Positions 27,387 to 40,102 of a stretch of DNA of 64,000 nt are shown here, in pieces. The position numbers and the translations under genes were made by a program. The notes under the pieces were generated by a model that saw only the letters and a program-made list of their open reading frames with translations, did not search any database and was not told the DNA's origin. The stretch is from Escherichia phage vB_EcoM_FB. Position 1 is the first letter of the stretch. Each line of letters starts with the position of its first letter. The DNA lies in the sequence record MT682711.1; one strand, 5' to 3'.

Positions 27387-27931
27387 TATTCACCACAATA
27401 GTTTTGAATTGATTCCCAGTTCAGAGAACGGAGGCCTGTACGGTTATACTGGATAACTTCAATCCCTGATTCACGGAGGATATCGTCCCAACCTTCAGGA
27501 TTTCGGTCATAGAGCTCAGCATAAACCAATGTTTTAATTCCGGACTGCGCAATAGACTTAGCACAATCAGCGCACGGAGATAACGTCACGTACATCGTAG
27601 CGCCATCAATAGAACTTCCGGTACGAGCTGCAAACAAAATAGCATTCAGTTCGGCATGGATTTCATTTTTAGATGACCATGCAGCGTGAGCCATTCGGTG
27701 TTCTTTAAGAAGAACGGATTTATGCGACATTCGCGTCGGGTCATACACAACACGGGTCCAGTCCTGTTCTACAGCATGGTCACAACAGTTAACACCACCG
27801 GAAGGCGAACCGTTATAACCTGTAGAGATAATGCGACCATTCTTTTCGATAACCGCACCCACTTTCCACGAACAACATTTTGATTCTTGAGAAATCAGAT
27901 ATGCAATCTGAAGGTATGTGCTTGCTTTCAT
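27386..27931 (-). CDS. cd: dCMP deaminase
   Basis: 181 aa; HAELNAI and PCADC zinc-binding motifs; N-terminus as in T4 Cd. Confidence 0.95.
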   Translation of the reverse strand: MKASTYLQIAYLISQESKCCSWKVGAVIEKNGRIISTGYNGSPSGGVNCCDHAVEQDWTRVVYDPTRMSHKSVLLKEHRMAHAAWSSKNEIHAELNAILFAARTGSSIDGATMYVTLSPCADCAKSIAQSGIKTLVYAELYDRNPEGWDDILRESGIEVIQYNRTGLRSLNWESIQNYCGE

Positions 27932-28269
27932 TACATCACCACTAGATAAGCTGTATTATTGGTTTCGACACGATATAAATCGGTACGAAGTTTAGTGATA
28001 GATTTCACACGTGAGGTTAATATACCATAACCGTCTGGGAAGCGTTTTTGTTTATCGAAAAATACCGCTGCCGGAATTCGATCACCAATTTCAACCGGAA
28101 GAACAGTAGCCAGCACAGCATCATATGTTGAAGTATGGATGCTTTGGAAATCTTCACTCAGTTTAAAAAGGTCTTTGATGTACTGAGTAGCCTTTTCAGA
28201 GAGACCTCGATGGTCTCCGTCTTCGTCAGATTGTAAGGTGGCATTAACTGCCGGTTTTAAATTAAGCAT
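27931..28269 (-). CDS. hypothetical protein (cd.x)
   Basis: start re-set to ATG 28269. Confidence 0.45.
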   Translation of the reverse strand: MLNLKPAVNATLQSDEDGDHRGLSEKATQYIKDLFKLSEDFQSIHTSTYDAVLATVLPVEIGDRIPAAVFFDKQKRFPDGYGILTSRVKSITKLRTDLYRVETNNTAYLVVM

Positions 28270-28498
28270 CAATATACACCCGCTGCGCTTCGACCAGACC
28301 ATCAGAACCAAGTTTCAATTGGGTAACCTGGCCGCCATTTTTAAGATTAACTATAACCAATACCGCACGTGGTGTTTCCTGGATTACTCGCAGAGTTGCA
28401 TCAGGAAAATGTACAGAAACCTTATTAATCAGGGCCTGAGCAAATTCTTTAACTTTAACTTGGAACTGCTCTACAGTAATAGGTTGTTCGCTCAGCAT
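28262..28498 (-). CDS. hypothetical protein (78 aa)
   Basis: ORF with TAATG junction. Confidence 0.45.
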   Translation of the reverse strand: MLSEQPITVEQFQVKVKEFAQALINKVSVHFPDATLRVIQETPRAVLVIVNLKNGGQVTQLKLGSDGLVEAQRVYIDA

Positions 28499-29052
28499 TA
28501 GATGGTCTCCAACTTAAGTTGTTTGGTAGTGGTAGCTTGGGTAACGTCGCCTTTAACAATATAACACACTTGTTGGAACGAATTAGTCAAAAGCTCTTCA
28601 GCCTGACGATCGGCTTGTTCCTTTGTGTTATGGCGAGAATGAACTTCAATCTTACCATTTTTAACAATAAGCACTTTCCAATCGGCTGGAGTTTTAATAG
28701 GTTTGATTTCAGGGTTCTGGAAAACTAACTGCACTTCTTTAGGGTCTACCACTTCGATAAAGTATTCGAATTCATGGCTAAAAAAGCCCGCTGAATTAAA
28801 AAGAACACTATTTGCATCGTCAGGATTACCTGTCATTTTGCTCGGGTCGACAAACATCATCTCGTCATATACACGAATTCGGCTTACACGTTCACGCCCA
28901 TTATGGTAATCAATTTCAACTTCAAACGGATTCATACCTACATACTTAGCAAAAGCCGTATTGAGGCCATAAGCACCGTTATTAGTGAATTTGTTTTTAG
29001 TGTATTCACCAACGAACTTGTAAAACTTACGCTCTTCAAAGAACTTACTCAT
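28498..29052 (-). CDS. hypothetical protein (184 aa)
   Basis: ORF with its own early promoter near 29085..29115. Confidence 0.5.
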   Translation of the reverse strand: MSKFFEERKFYKFVGEYTKNKFTNNGAYGLNTAFAKYVGMNPFEVEIDYHNGRERVSRIRVYDEMMFVDPSKMTGNPDDANSVLFNSAGFFSHEFEYFIEVVDPKEVQLVFQNPEIKPIKTPADWKVLIVKNGKIEVHSRHNTKEQADRQAEELLTNSFQQVCYIVKGDVTQATTTKQLKLETI

Positions 29053-29119
29053 TTCGATTTCCTCATTTGTTTCGGTAAGGTCATCATATCACCGTCCTTG
29101 GTGAAAGTAAACACCTTTT

Positions 29120-29398
29120 TTAAATTGCTTCGACAACTACCGTTTGTTTCTGGAAGTCCATTTTGCATGAAATAGCCAAAATGTGGTTATCAATTTTAAA
29201 TGGAACAATTGCAAATGCTGCACCAGGCGTGAGTTGAACAGTGATTGCATCAACTGCATCCGGGAACATGATTTCCAGAATAGCAGACAAACGACCATGC
29301 ACCTTTAGTTCAGTCGACGTGTCGACGGGTTCGTATAGGTAATCAGATACAATCTGACTAAAAACTACTTTAACAATTTCAGAATAAGTAGGGAACAT
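29120..29398 (-). CDS. hypothetical protein (92 aa)
   Basis: ORF. Confidence 0.45.
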   Translation of the reverse strand: MFPTYSEIVKVVFSQIVSDYLYEPVDTSTELKVHGRLSAILEIMFPDAVDAITVQLTPGAAFAIVPFKIDNHILAISCKMDFQKQTVVVEAI

Positions 29399-29405
29399 AA
29401 TTACC

Positions 29406-29621
29406 TCAGTGTACAGTATGGACCTTCACGTTAACAATAAACCGGTCAACGACTTCAGTCAGAGGAACGAACTCAACATAGTACTCGCCTTTGTAACGTT
29501 CATTGAGGTCATTACGAAGGGCTGCTAGTGAGTTAATGAGGGTAGGAGACATATTCTGACCTACCAGTTTCTGAAGCTCTTTATAAGCTTCTTCTTCAAC
29601 TTCGTGGTGTTTGTTATACAT
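29406..29621 (-). CDS. hypothetical protein (71 aa)
   Basis: start re-set to ATG 29621; 8-nt overlap with upstream gene. Confidence 0.4.
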   Translation of the reverse strand: MYNKHHEVEEEAYKELQKLVGQNMSPTLINSLAALRNDLNERYKGEYYVEFVPLTEVVDRFIVNVKVHTVH

Positions 29622-29810
29622 AATGTTCTTCCAAGAAGGCAAGGAGTTCAGGAGCGGATTTAAAAATACCACCATCGACCTTGTCTTCATCTTTATAGTC
29701 CATAACATCCAGGCCAATACGTCCATCAGTTAAAGGCCATACGCCGAAGAAAAAGCATTTACGTTTTTCAATTTCTTCGATTGTACGAAAAATCTTTTCG
29801 ATATTATTCA

Positions 29811-29811
<1 letters not shown>
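29614..29811 (-). CDS. hypothetical protein (65 aa)
   Basis: ORF; pseT stop overlaps its start. Confidence 0.4.
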
Positions 29812-31015
<1,204 letters not shown>

Positions 31016-31049
31016 AATAATTTCCTCAATTTTTATAATCCGTAGGAGC

Positions 31050-31079
31050 ATTATACTCTGCTCCCAAGAGTTTGTAAAC
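31050..31079 (-). promoter_or_regulatory. early promoter (GTTTACA-N17-TATAAT)
   Basis: perfect -10 TATAAT. Confidence 0.55.
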
Positions 31080-31182
31080 TACTTTCCGAAAAGACCATGC
31101 ATACACATGCTGAACACAATCCCAAAACAAAAGAATGCAGCGCCAAATCTAACGGCATCCCAACCGCAAACGCATGTCTCAA

Positions 31183-31473
31183 TCATTTGCACTTCCCCTC
31201 TTTTAGTCCAGAACGATAATAACATAACATAGATTTCTGGTCTTGTACATATCTTTTTACGTCATTCAACCAAATACGATGTTCTTGGGAGTCTTCGAAA
31301 GGCATTCCAACCCAGGCCTTACCGTCGATTACCTTAACCTGCCATTTAACATTATGTTCGGCGATAGGTTGTGGCCATGAAGGATGCAGTTGTTGCTTAG
31401 GCACTACAGGGATGTCCTGGGCACATCCAACTAACAAGCCAATAGATAATACTACCGCAGATAATTTAATCAT
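31183..31473 (-). CDS. o-spanin (outer-membrane lipoprotein, Rz1-like; pseT.2 position)
   Basis: signal peptide with lipobox LLVGC; ATGA overlap with the upstream gene. Confidence 0.7.
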   Translation of the reverse strand: MIKLSAVVLSIGLLVGCAQDIPVVPKQQLHPSWPQPIAEHNVKWQVKVIDGKAWVGMPFEDSQEHRIWLNDVKRYVQDQKSMLCYYRSGLKEGKCK

Positions 31474-31823
31474 TCTGTAATGCTCCTGAAGTCTTGGGCA
31501 AAGGAATCGAAGGACTTGTTGATTTGTTTTTCGACCAATCCTGGCTTACTTGCCACCACGTGCGCCTTCTTCGAATCTTTACGGAGCTTTTCATTTTCTA
31601 CCTTAATTTTATCCATTCGGGCATTCATTTCAGTAGTACGGAATTCAATATCCGAGTATTGGCCACGTAGGTCCTCTACGGCTTCGGCATTCTGTTTGGC
31701 CGTTTGCTGGGTAGTTTTCAGTTCTTCAGTAAGGGTATCAATACGACTTGATTGATACGAAATAAAACCGTAAGCACCTACTGCAATGGCTCCAGCTAAA
31801 AGGTAAATACTTAATTTAGACAT
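31470..31823 (-). CDS. i-spanin (Rz-like; pseT.3 position)
   Basis: N-terminal TM helix IYLLAGAIAVGAYGF then charged coiled-coil region. Confidence 0.7.
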   Translation of the reverse strand: MSKLSIYLLAGAIAVGAYGFISYQSSRIDTLTEELKTTQQTAKQNAEAVEDLRGQYSDIEFRTTEMNARMDKIKVENEKLRKDSKKAHVVASKPGLVEKQINKSFDSFAQDFRSITE

Positions 31824-32311
31824 TTGGTAATAATCTCGATGATGTCATCACGTGACAGGGAATTAATAAGAACTGTTTTAGGATTTTCACACTGAATTTT
31901 GTACGTTTCGAACATAAAACACAATTCTTCAGCGGTATGGTAAGGACTTGAAATGCCAAGGCGATTAAACTTGTCGCTTAATGGGTCACAAATCAAATAG
32001 AAAGTGATGCCTGAGATTTTAACATTAGGTTGGCTAATATTAATGAACACCTCGGCATCGTACTTGGAAAGGTTGTTTCGGAGAAACTCGACCATAGAGT
32101 TAACAGCTTGAGGCATTGCTTCACGCTTTTCTTCAGCGTAACGGGTAGAGTATTCTTTTTGCTTGATTTTCTTTTTAGCATTTTTAGCTAAAGTAACACG
32201 AAGATCGGTCAGGTAACCTACTGCACGAGAACCTTTAAAAACTTGGATGCCGTCAGTAGAGTCACCAAAAGCCTTAACAACCATTTCGTTAGTAATCATT
32301 TGCATATTCAT
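31811..32311 (-). CDS. alc: probable Alc (host transcription shutoff factor), by position
   Basis: 166 aa between spanins and rnlA, matching the T4 order; sequence itself not recognised. Confidence 0.45.
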   Translation of the reverse strand: MNMQMITNEMVVKAFGDSTDGIQVFKGSRAVGYLTDLRVTLAKNAKKKIKQKEYSTRYAEEKREAMPQAVNSMVEFLRNNLSKYDAEVFINISQPNVKISGITFYLICDPLSDKFNRLGISSPYHTAEELCFMFETYKIQCENPKTVLINSLSRDDIIEIITKCLN

Positions 32312-32341
32312 TTTGTTTTCTCCTCATTAGTTGGTAAGTCT

Positions 32342-32370
32342 ATACTAACACGTCATGAGGAGATGTAAAC
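32342..32370 (-). promoter_or_regulatory. early promoter (GTTTACA ... TAGTAT)
   Basis: early promoter consensus upstream of the alc start. Confidence 0.5.
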
Positions 32371-33518
32371 TACTCTACCACAATTTCTTTCAAATATTTT
32401 TCAGGGATTTGGGCCTTATGATTTTTCAAGAACACAGAGTTAATCTGGTCCATGACCGTATCATAATTAATACCGCCTACGTACGCCTGCATAAGAATAG
32501 AGAACAACCCTGGGAAGTCCTTAAGGATTAGCTGTCCAGTAACGGCATAGTCTTTACGGTCGCGACCTTTGAGTTGAGAGTAAGCTGCTTCTAACAAGGC
32601 TAATGATTGTTCTAGGTAATCTAAATGGATGCGTTCAAAGGCATCGATTTTCTCGATAGCAAAGGAATCTGTACTGAACAGACCACGAAGGTCATCAGTT
32701 CCACCAGCCACTACAACTTCAAACAAACGTTCGTTGTTGTTAATGGAATCTTTGGTATGATGCAGTGCACTGTACCAGGCGGTTTTGAGTTTAAAGAACG
32801 TACCATCTTTCAGTACAAAGATGAAACCTTCAATGCCTTCCTGCTTACGGATGTTTTCTACGAAATCGCCCTCAGCGAGCTCATAACTTTCAACCAAATG
32901 TTTACGCAGTGCACTGTCCTTAAACAGCTCGGTATACGGAACATATTCACCCGTTTCATTATTACGAACGTTCAACAGGATGAGGTTCGTTTCTTGGTAA
33001 GCCAGCACAATACGGTTAGTAGGTGCAACATATTCAAGGTTGCAGGTATACCCAGCTTTGGTGATTTCTTCTAGACGTGCGGCAAAAGCCTCGTTCTCAG
33101 GGAGACGAAGGAACCGTAAAGAATCATGCACCATTGATGAATGGATAGAGCCTTTAGATTTAACAGAAAGATACTGTCGGTCCATGAATGTAGAAATCAG
33201 AGAACCATCTTCCTTAGCCATTACGAGGTCAATATTTTCTGGTGACAAATCTAGACCGATGGTCAGAGGGTTTTCGTCAAGGTTAAAGAACTTTTGCATA
33301 GGACGAGCAGCAATACGTACTGGACCGTTCTCGTCCATTTCAAACATAATGCCTCGGCACTCTAGTGCGCCGTCTTCCAACCAATCACTGTACGATGCAT
33401 AGTTATAACTAAAGATGCGATAGTTGACTCCTAGCGCACTCTGAAAGTCTTTAAAGAAGAACTTAGATTTAGTCGAGTTTTTAACCAGGGCCATCAAGTT
33501 ATCATATAATTCAATCAT
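32370..33518 (-). CDS. rnlA: RNA ligase 1
   Basis: 382 aa; YRIFSYNYASYSDW, ECRGIMFEM and KEDGSL (KxDG) as in T4 Rnl1. Confidence 0.9.
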   Translation of the reverse strand: MIELYDNLMALVKNSTKSKFFFKDFQSALGVNYRIFSYNYASYSDWLEDGALECRGIMFEMDENGPVRIAARPMQKFFNLDENPLTIGLDLSPENIDLVMAKEDGSLISTFMDRQYLSVKSKGSIHSSMVHDSLRFLRLPENEAFAARLEEITKAGYTCNLEYVAPTNRIVLAYQETNLILLNVRNNETGEYVPYTELFKDSALRKHLVESYELAEGDFVENIRKQEGIEGFIFVLKDGTFFKLKTAWYSALHHTKDSINNNERLFEVVVAGGTDDLRGLFSTDSFAIEKIDAFERIHLDYLEQSLALLEAAYSQLKGRDRKDYAVTGQLILKDFPGLFSILMQAYVGGINYDTVMDQINSVFLKNHKAQIPEKYLKEIVVE

Positions 33519-33928
33519 TGCTTTATCCTATGTTGGGTATTCCAAGGTGGATTAAATTTCTTTATGAACATTGGCTCTTCAAGAGACATGGTCTCAACTG
33601 ACATAGTTCCAAGTTCGTTAGTCATCGACAGATTAAAGCACTGCCGTGCATAGAACTCTACCTTTTTACCTGCCATTAATGCTTCATGAATCAGAATGGA
33701 CTTGGTCGAATCTGACGTTTGGTCCTTACGATTAATAGCGGTTCGGTAGTAGTTGATGCGCTTACGAAGATTTTTAGTCTTCCCGATGTAGACTAGTATA
33801 TCATCAACCGCTATAGCATATATGACATTTTGTTTATTTGGTACTGTGAGTGGAGCAATGCTGGCGTCATCTTGGAGTTCTAGGGTGACGTACTTGATAA
33901 AGCTAAATTCGTCTGCGATTTCTTTCAT
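33515..33928 (-). CDS. denA: endonuclease II (GIY-YIG-like)
   Basis: start re-set to ATG 33928 (137 aa) downstream of the hairpin; VIYAIAVDDILVYIGKTKN. Confidence 0.8.
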   Translation of the reverse strand: MKEIADEFSFIKYVTLELQDDASIAPLTVPNKQNVIYAIAVDDILVYIGKTKNLRKRINYYRTAINRKDQTSDSTKSILIHEALMAGKKVEFYARQCFNLSMTNELGTMSVETMSLEEPMFIKKFNPPWNTQHRIKQ

Positions 33929-33936
33929 AGCAATAA

Positions 33937-33950
33937 GGGGCCGAAGCCCC
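33937..33950. terminator. UUCG-tetraloop hairpin between nrdB and denA
   Basis: GGGGC-cgaa-GCCCC (GGGGCUUCGGCCCC on mRNA). Confidence 0.5.
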
Positions 33951-33955
33951 ATTCC

Positions 33956-35134
33956 TTAAAAATATTTCTTGTACGATGCCATTACTTTTTCATCGACATC
34001 GTTATCAATTTGTGCTACAAGGTAAGAACTGATTTCCACTTCCTGAGGAGCAGCCTGTACAGCATCAGAGTTCAGGTATTCGCGAATCCAAGGATAAGGA
34101 TGGCGGGCAGGAGCATCAGTAATAGGACACGGTAAGCCACATTGCTTCATACGAGAAACTGTCAGGTAATCGACAAAAGCACCCATGTTCTGAGTATTTA
34201 ATCCAGGGCAAGTACCATCTTTGAACAGGTGAGCAGCCCATTCTTTTTCTTGACGGTTAACTTCCATGAAAATATCAACTGCTTCTTGTTCACACTCTTG
34301 AGCAATTTTAACCCATTCGTCACCGTCAGTACCAAGTTGGAGTTGACGAATAATGTACTGAGTACCTTTAAGGTGAAGCTGTTCATCACGTGCAATGAAC
34401 TTCATAATCTTAGCATTACCTTCCATGATTTCCATGTTTTTATGGAAGTTAAAGGTGCATGCGAAAGATACATAAAAACGAATAGCTTCCAATGCGTTGA
34501 TTACATGAAGGCAAAGGTAAAGGGATTTCATTAGCTCACGCTTCCAATACATCTCATGCTCAATAGCATCTTCAATATCGTCTTCGTCTGCATTAATTTC
34601 TTTTTGGTATTCGATATCAGCTTTAGCATTCTGCCAATAGCGAGTTTTCTCAATAACGTCGTCGTAATAACGACCAATAGATTCAGCACGTTTCATAATA
34701 GCGTCATCTAACAGAATTTCATCAAATACCTTTGACGGGTCTGTATAGAGGTTACGCATGATATGGGTATATGAACGAGAGTGAATAGTCTCACTAAAGG
34801 TCCATGTAGCCACCCATGTATCAAGGCTAGGGTCTGAAATCAAGGCTTGAAGTGCAGCAGAAGGAGCACGTCCTTGGATACTATCCAGAAGTGATTGATA
34901 CTTCAGGTTATTGGTAAAAATATTTTGTTGGAATTGTGGAAGCTTATTAAATTGAGCAGCATCCATCATCAAGTTGACTTCTTCTGGACGCCAGAAAAAA
35001 CTCAACTGCTTTTCACAAAGCTCTTCGAATACTTTATGACGTTGGATATCATAACGGGCAATACCCAATCCTGAACCAAAGAACATCGGCTCGACTAAAA
35101 CATCAACTGGGGTGGTATTAAAAACTGTAGACAT
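33956..35134 (-). CDS. nrdB: ribonucleotide reductase small subunit
   Basis: start re-set to ATG 35134 (MSTVFNTTPVD); FSETIHSRSYTHI iron-ligand region; continuous ORF. Confidence 0.9.
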   Translation of the reverse strand: MSTVFNTTPVDVLVEPMFFGSGLGIARYDIQRHKVFEELCEKQLSFFWRPEEVNLMMDAAQFNKLPQFQQNIFTNNLKYQSLLDSIQGRAPSAALQALISDPSLDTWVATWTFSETIHSRSYTHIMRNLYTDPSKVFDEILLDDAIMKRAESIGRYYDDVIEKTRYWQNAKADIEYQKEINADEDDIEDAIEHEMYWKRELMKSLYLCLHVINALEAIRFYVSFACTFNFHKNMEIMEGNAKIMKFIARDEQLHLKGTQYIIRQLQLGTDGDEWVKIAQECEQEAVDIFMEVNRQEKEWAAHLFKDGTCPGLNTQNMGAFVDYLTVSRMKQCGLPCPITDAPARHPYPWIREYLNSDAVQAAPQEVEISSYLVAQIDNDVDEKVMASYKKYF

Positions 35135-35187
35135 ATTATTCTCATTTGTTAGTGACTCATCCATGAGTCAATTATAATCAGATTTTA

Positions 35188-37443
35188 TTAAAGCTTACAT
35201 GCTGCACAATCGTCGGCTTTAGGAGTTTCGATTTCGTAGTCATCAGTACCAGAGCCATCACGGGTATTATGATAGTAAAGGTTCTTACCACCGTAGTACC
35301 AGAAATACAGCAGGTCATCAAGCATTACCGACATCGGAACTTTTCCTTTTGGAAAAATCTGTGGGTCATAATATGTATTAGCTGATGCCGATTGACACAC
35401 CCATTTCAACGCTATTGCCACTTGGGTAAGATAAGGTTTATTACCTTTCTTAGCGAGGCTCCAAGCGTAATCGTAGAGTCCTTGGTTATGTTCTACATTA
35501 GGAACTACCTGACGGAAGTTACCTTCTTTAGATTCTTTAATACTTACCGGACCACGTGGAGGTTCGATACCGTTTGTAGAGTTGGAAACCTGGCTGCTTG
35601 ATTCACACGGCATAAGTGCTGATAATGTGCTATTACGGATGCCATGTTTAGCCAAGTCTTCCCGCAACGACGTCCAGTCACAAATATAGTTAGGGGCTGC
35701 GATTTGGTCAATCTTTTTATTGTACCAGTCGATAGGTAATTCGCCTCGAGACCATTTAGTGTCTGAATAATACTCGCAATGTCCTTTTTCTTCGGCCAGC
35801 TTGATGGATGCTCGGATAAGTCCATATTGTAATCTCTCAAACAATTCATGAGTTAAATCGTTAGCGTCTTCATAAGAAGCAAAGTTGCTTGCTAACCAAG
35901 CGGCGTAGTTCGTAACACCAACACCCAGGTTACGACGTTTCTTAGCCTTCAGAGCTTCAGGAACAGGATAATCTTGATAGTCCAACAGGTTATCAAGTGC
36001 ACGTACTTGTACTTCAGCCAGCTCGTTGATTTTGTCTTGGTCCTGCCAATCGAAGTTATCCAATACGAATGCAGACAACGTACACAAACCAATTTCAGCG
36101 TCAGGACTATTCACGTCAGTAGTCGGGATAGCAATTTCACAACACAAGTTGCTCTGGCGAATAGGAGCTTTCTCACGAATAAATGGTGTGAAGTTGTTAG
36201 TGTTATCAACGAATTGAGGATAAATTCGTGCAGTGCCTGAACGTTCAGTCATGAACAATTCAAAGAGGTCACGTGCTTTAATACGTTTCTTACGAATACT
36301 AGGGTCTTTTTCTGCCGCTTCATACAATTCACGGAAACGGTCTTGGTCTTCGAAATAAGAATAGTAAAGCTCACCACCCATTTCATGAGGACTAAACAAC
36401 GTGATGTAATCATTTTTACCGAAACGTTCCATCATAAGGTCGTTCATCTGGATTCCGTAGTCCATATGGCGAATACGGTTCTCATCGACACCTTTGTTGT
36501 TTTTCAGAACGAGCAGATTTTCAACTTCCAAATGCCAAATAGGATAATAAGCAGTAGCAGCGCCGCCACGGATTCCACCTTGTGAACATGATTTAACAGC
36601 AGTCTGGAAATGTTTCCAGAATGGAATAACACCGGTATGCTTGACTTCGCCCATGCCAATACGAGAACCTTCAGCACGAATCATACCAACGTTGATACCA
36701 ATACCGGCACGTTTAGAAATGTATTCAATTATTGAGTTAGCAGTTTTGTTAATAGATTTCAGTGAGTCGCCTGCTTCAATAACCACACAAGAACTAAATT
36801 GACGGGTTGGTGTACGTGCTCCAGCCATAATAGGAGTTGGTAATGAAACCTGACGGGTACTTACAGCATCATAAAAACGAATAATATGTGCTAAACGATT
36901 ACCTGGCTCGTCTTGGTGTAAGGCCATACCAATACACATGATAGCGAACTGAGGGGTTTCGTAGATTTTACCGGTTGTTTTATCTTTAACCAGATATTTC
37001 TCTTTAAGCTGCATCGCACCAGCATAAGTCAATTCGAAATCGCGTTCATGCTTTATATGAGATTCTAAGAAAGTAATTTCTTCTGCAGAATATCGAGACA
37101 ACAATTCAGGGTCATATTTACCTTCGTTAACACAATAGGAAATATGGTCGATAAAGCTACGTGGTTCGAACTGCCCATAAACTTCTTTACGCAGTGCAAA
37201 CATCAATTCTTTTGCAGCAACATATTGGTAATCAGGCTCTTCAACCGAGATAAGGTTGGCTGCTACCTTAACAGTCAGATTTTGGATATCTTTGGTAGTC
37301 ATACCGTCACGAAGATGGGATTTGATTTCTTCGTATAATTCATAGGGGTCGATTTGGGTTCCTTCACAGCCCCAAGTCAGAACTTTAATAATTTTTTGTG
37401 CGTCAAAATCTTGGGATACACCACTACTTTTTTGTACTTGCAT
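35188..37443 (-). CDS. nrdA: ribonucleotide reductase large subunit
   Basis: 751 aa; N-terminal ATP-cone; near-identical to recalled T4 NrdA over long stretches. Confidence 0.95.
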   Translation of the reverse strand: MQVQKSSGVSQDFDAQKIIKVLTWGCEGTQIDPYELYEEIKSHLRDGMTTKDIQNLTVKVAANLISVEEPDYQYVAAKELMFALRKEVYGQFEPRSFIDHISYCVNEGKYDPELLSRYSAEEITFLESHIKHERDFELTYAGAMQLKEKYLVKDKTTGKIYETPQFAIMCIGMALHQDEPGNRLAHIIRFYDAVSTRQVSLPTPIMAGARTPTRQFSSCVVIEAGDSLKSINKTANSIIEYISKRAGIGINVGMIRAEGSRIGMGEVKHTGVIPFWKHFQTAVKSCSQGGIRGGAATAYYPIWHLEVENLLVLKNNKGVDENRIRHMDYGIQMNDLMMERFGKNDYITLFSPHEMGGELYYSYFEDQDRFRELYEAAEKDPSIRKKRIKARDLFELFMTERSGTARIYPQFVDNTNNFTPFIREKAPIRQSNLCCEIAIPTTDVNSPDAEIGLCTLSAFVLDNFDWQDQDKINELAEVQVRALDNLLDYQDYPVPEALKAKKRRNLGVGVTNYAAWLASNFASYEDANDLTHELFERLQYGLIRASIKLAEEKGHCEYYSDTKWSRGELPIDWYNKKIDQIAAPNYICDWTSLREDLAKHGIRNSTLSALMPCESSSQVSNSTNGIEPPRGPVSIKESKEGNFRQVVPNVEHNQGLYDYAWSLAKKGNKPYLTQVAIALKWVCQSASANTYYDPQIFPKGKVPMSVMLDDLLYFWYYGGKNLYYHNTRDGSGTDDYEIETPKADDCAACKL

Positions 37444-37473
37444 AATTTCCTCAATATGTTAGGTTCTATAATT

Positions 37474-37498
37474 ATTCTATCATAGAACCTGTTAAGCA
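37474..37498 (-). promoter_or_regulatory. putative middle promoter for nrdA (TGCTTAA box, 12 nt, TAGAAT)
   Basis: RC reads aTGCTTAAcaggttctatgaTAGAAT. Confidence 0.35.
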
Positions 37499-37509
37499 TG
37501 GACTGATAT

Positions 37510-37929
37510 TTATAGGTCTTCTAATGAGAACGTGTCTTTGAAAAGTTTGTTAACAACCAGGGCTATCACATCCCCATGACAGTCCTTAGGTTTACAGGTA
37601 CACGCTATACGCATACCTCTAAGGGTTTCAAGATGTTCTCTTTTAATTTCGCCCGATTTTATTTTAGCAATAAAGTATTCTTTAAAGTTCTTGATGTTTT
37701 CCTCGCGGGTTCCATCTTTAAATGGATTACCCCACATAGTTCCACGTTGGATATTGACATCAAAGTCTTCTTTATACTTGTTAACAACTCTGCAAACTCT
37801 CATTATAGCACCAAATTCAGCCCAACCATAATAACCAAAAACAGAGTACAGATTATTTGAATTTTCATACAGCCATTTTAGCCTTAATAGTAGGGTGGGA
37901 CTCGTAACCAATGAGTTTAAAATCTTCAT
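37510..37929 (-). CDS. hypothetical protein with CxCxPxxCHGD motif (nrdA.1 position)
   Basis: WGNPF...ACTCKPKDCHGDV; called start overlaps last 65 nt of td, true start uncertain. Confidence 0.45.
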   Translation of the reverse strand: MKILNSLVTSPTLLLRLKWLYENSNNLYSVFGYYGWAEFGAIMRVCRVVNKYKEDFDVNIQRGTMWGNPFKDGTREENIKNFKEYFIAKIKSGEIKREHLETLRGMRIACTCKPKDCHGDVIALVVNKLFKDTFSLEDL

Positions 37930-38724
37930 GGACCATATGCTCTGTTACCCAATGAAGCTGTAATGTCGTGCTCCAATCAGAGAATCCTTCAGGCCATTTA
38001 ATTTCCAGTTCACACAGTTCTTTAGGTTCGCGACGAAGAACTTCCTGGCATTGTTCAACGTGGTTAGAATAGATGTGCGTATTGCCGCCTGAGAACACTA
38101 AATCACCTGGAATAAGATTACACATCTTAGCTACAATATACACAAGAGCGGCGTAAGAGGCGATATTAAATGGCAATCCTAAGAACACGTCAACAGAACG
38201 CTGGTACCACTGGAGGTCAAGATGACCATTACGGACGTTGAACTGGTAAAAACAATGGCATGGCGGAAGAGCCATCTGGTTAATTTCAGCCGGGTTCCAT
38301 GCTGATACGATTTGACGACGGTCATTAGGCATTTTCTTAATGCGTTCGACAATCTCTACAACCTGGTCGATACCACCAAAATCTCGCCATTGTTTCCCGT
38401 ATACAGGACCCAGTTCGCCATCAGAATATCCCAAATCAACTGCTTGATTTTCATAATTCTCGTCCCAAATAGTTTTGCCTTCAGTGCGTGAACCGTGAGT
38501 ACGATGACGTAGGTCATTAACGTTGGTTGAACCCGACAAGAACCAAAGGAGCTCGGCAATACAGGCTTTCCATGCTAATTTTTTAGTTGTTACTGCTGGG
38601 AAGCCCTTAGTTAAATCGAAACGCAATTTAGTACCGAACAATGCAATTGTACCGGTGCCGGTACGGTCGTCAGTTTCGTAGCCATTTTCCAGGATATCTT
38701 TAATTAAAAATTGGTATTGTTTCA

Positions 38725-38725
<1 letters not shown>
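37865..38725 (-). CDS. td: thymidylate synthase
   Basis: start re-set to ATG 38725 (MKQYQF..., 286 aa); ALPPCH active-site region; continuous ORF. Confidence 0.95.
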
Positions 38726-39756
<1,031 letters not shown>

Positions 39757-39781
39757 TTTATTCTCCTTAGTTGATAAGGCT

Positions 39782-39810
39782 ATAGTATCACTACCATAGC
39801 CTGGTGTAAA
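39782..39810 (-). promoter_or_regulatory. early promoter with -10 inside an inverted repeat
   Basis: GGCTATAGTAtcacTACCATAGCC inverted repeat spans the -10. Confidence 0.5.
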
Positions 39811-39811
39811 C

Positions 39812-40039
39812 TTATTTTTGAATTAAGCCCATATAAAATTTAGCGTCTTCCGGGTGCATACCGTCACAATACTCGTCAGCCATAAAGCGGGTAAGGTCTT
39901 CAAGAGGACCTTGGACTTCAATTTGCATACTACAGAATTGGGTATCTTTAATATGGGTCATAACTAAAGAAGGATAACGATTACGGATAACTTCGTAAGT
40001 GTATTCAAAATCAACGATATCAATATTAACCTTAGCCAT
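39812..40039 (-). CDS. hypothetical protein (75 aa)
   Basis: start re-set to ATG 40039 with GAGGAAAAT SD. Confidence 0.45.
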   Translation of the reverse strand: MAKVNIDIVDFEYTYEVIRNRYPSLVMTHIKDTQFCSMQIEVQGPLEDLTRFMADEYCDGMHPEDAKFYMGLIQK

Positions 40040-40071
40040 TTTATTTTCCTCACTCATTAGTTGATAGGTCT

Positions 40072-40099
40072 ATAGTATCATGTTTAAAGGCATTGTAAA
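40072..40099 (-). promoter_or_regulatory. early promoter (GTTTACA ... TACTAT)
   Basis: near-identical to copies at 291, 40766, 58202. Confidence 0.5.
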
Positions 40100-40102
40100 C
40101 AC

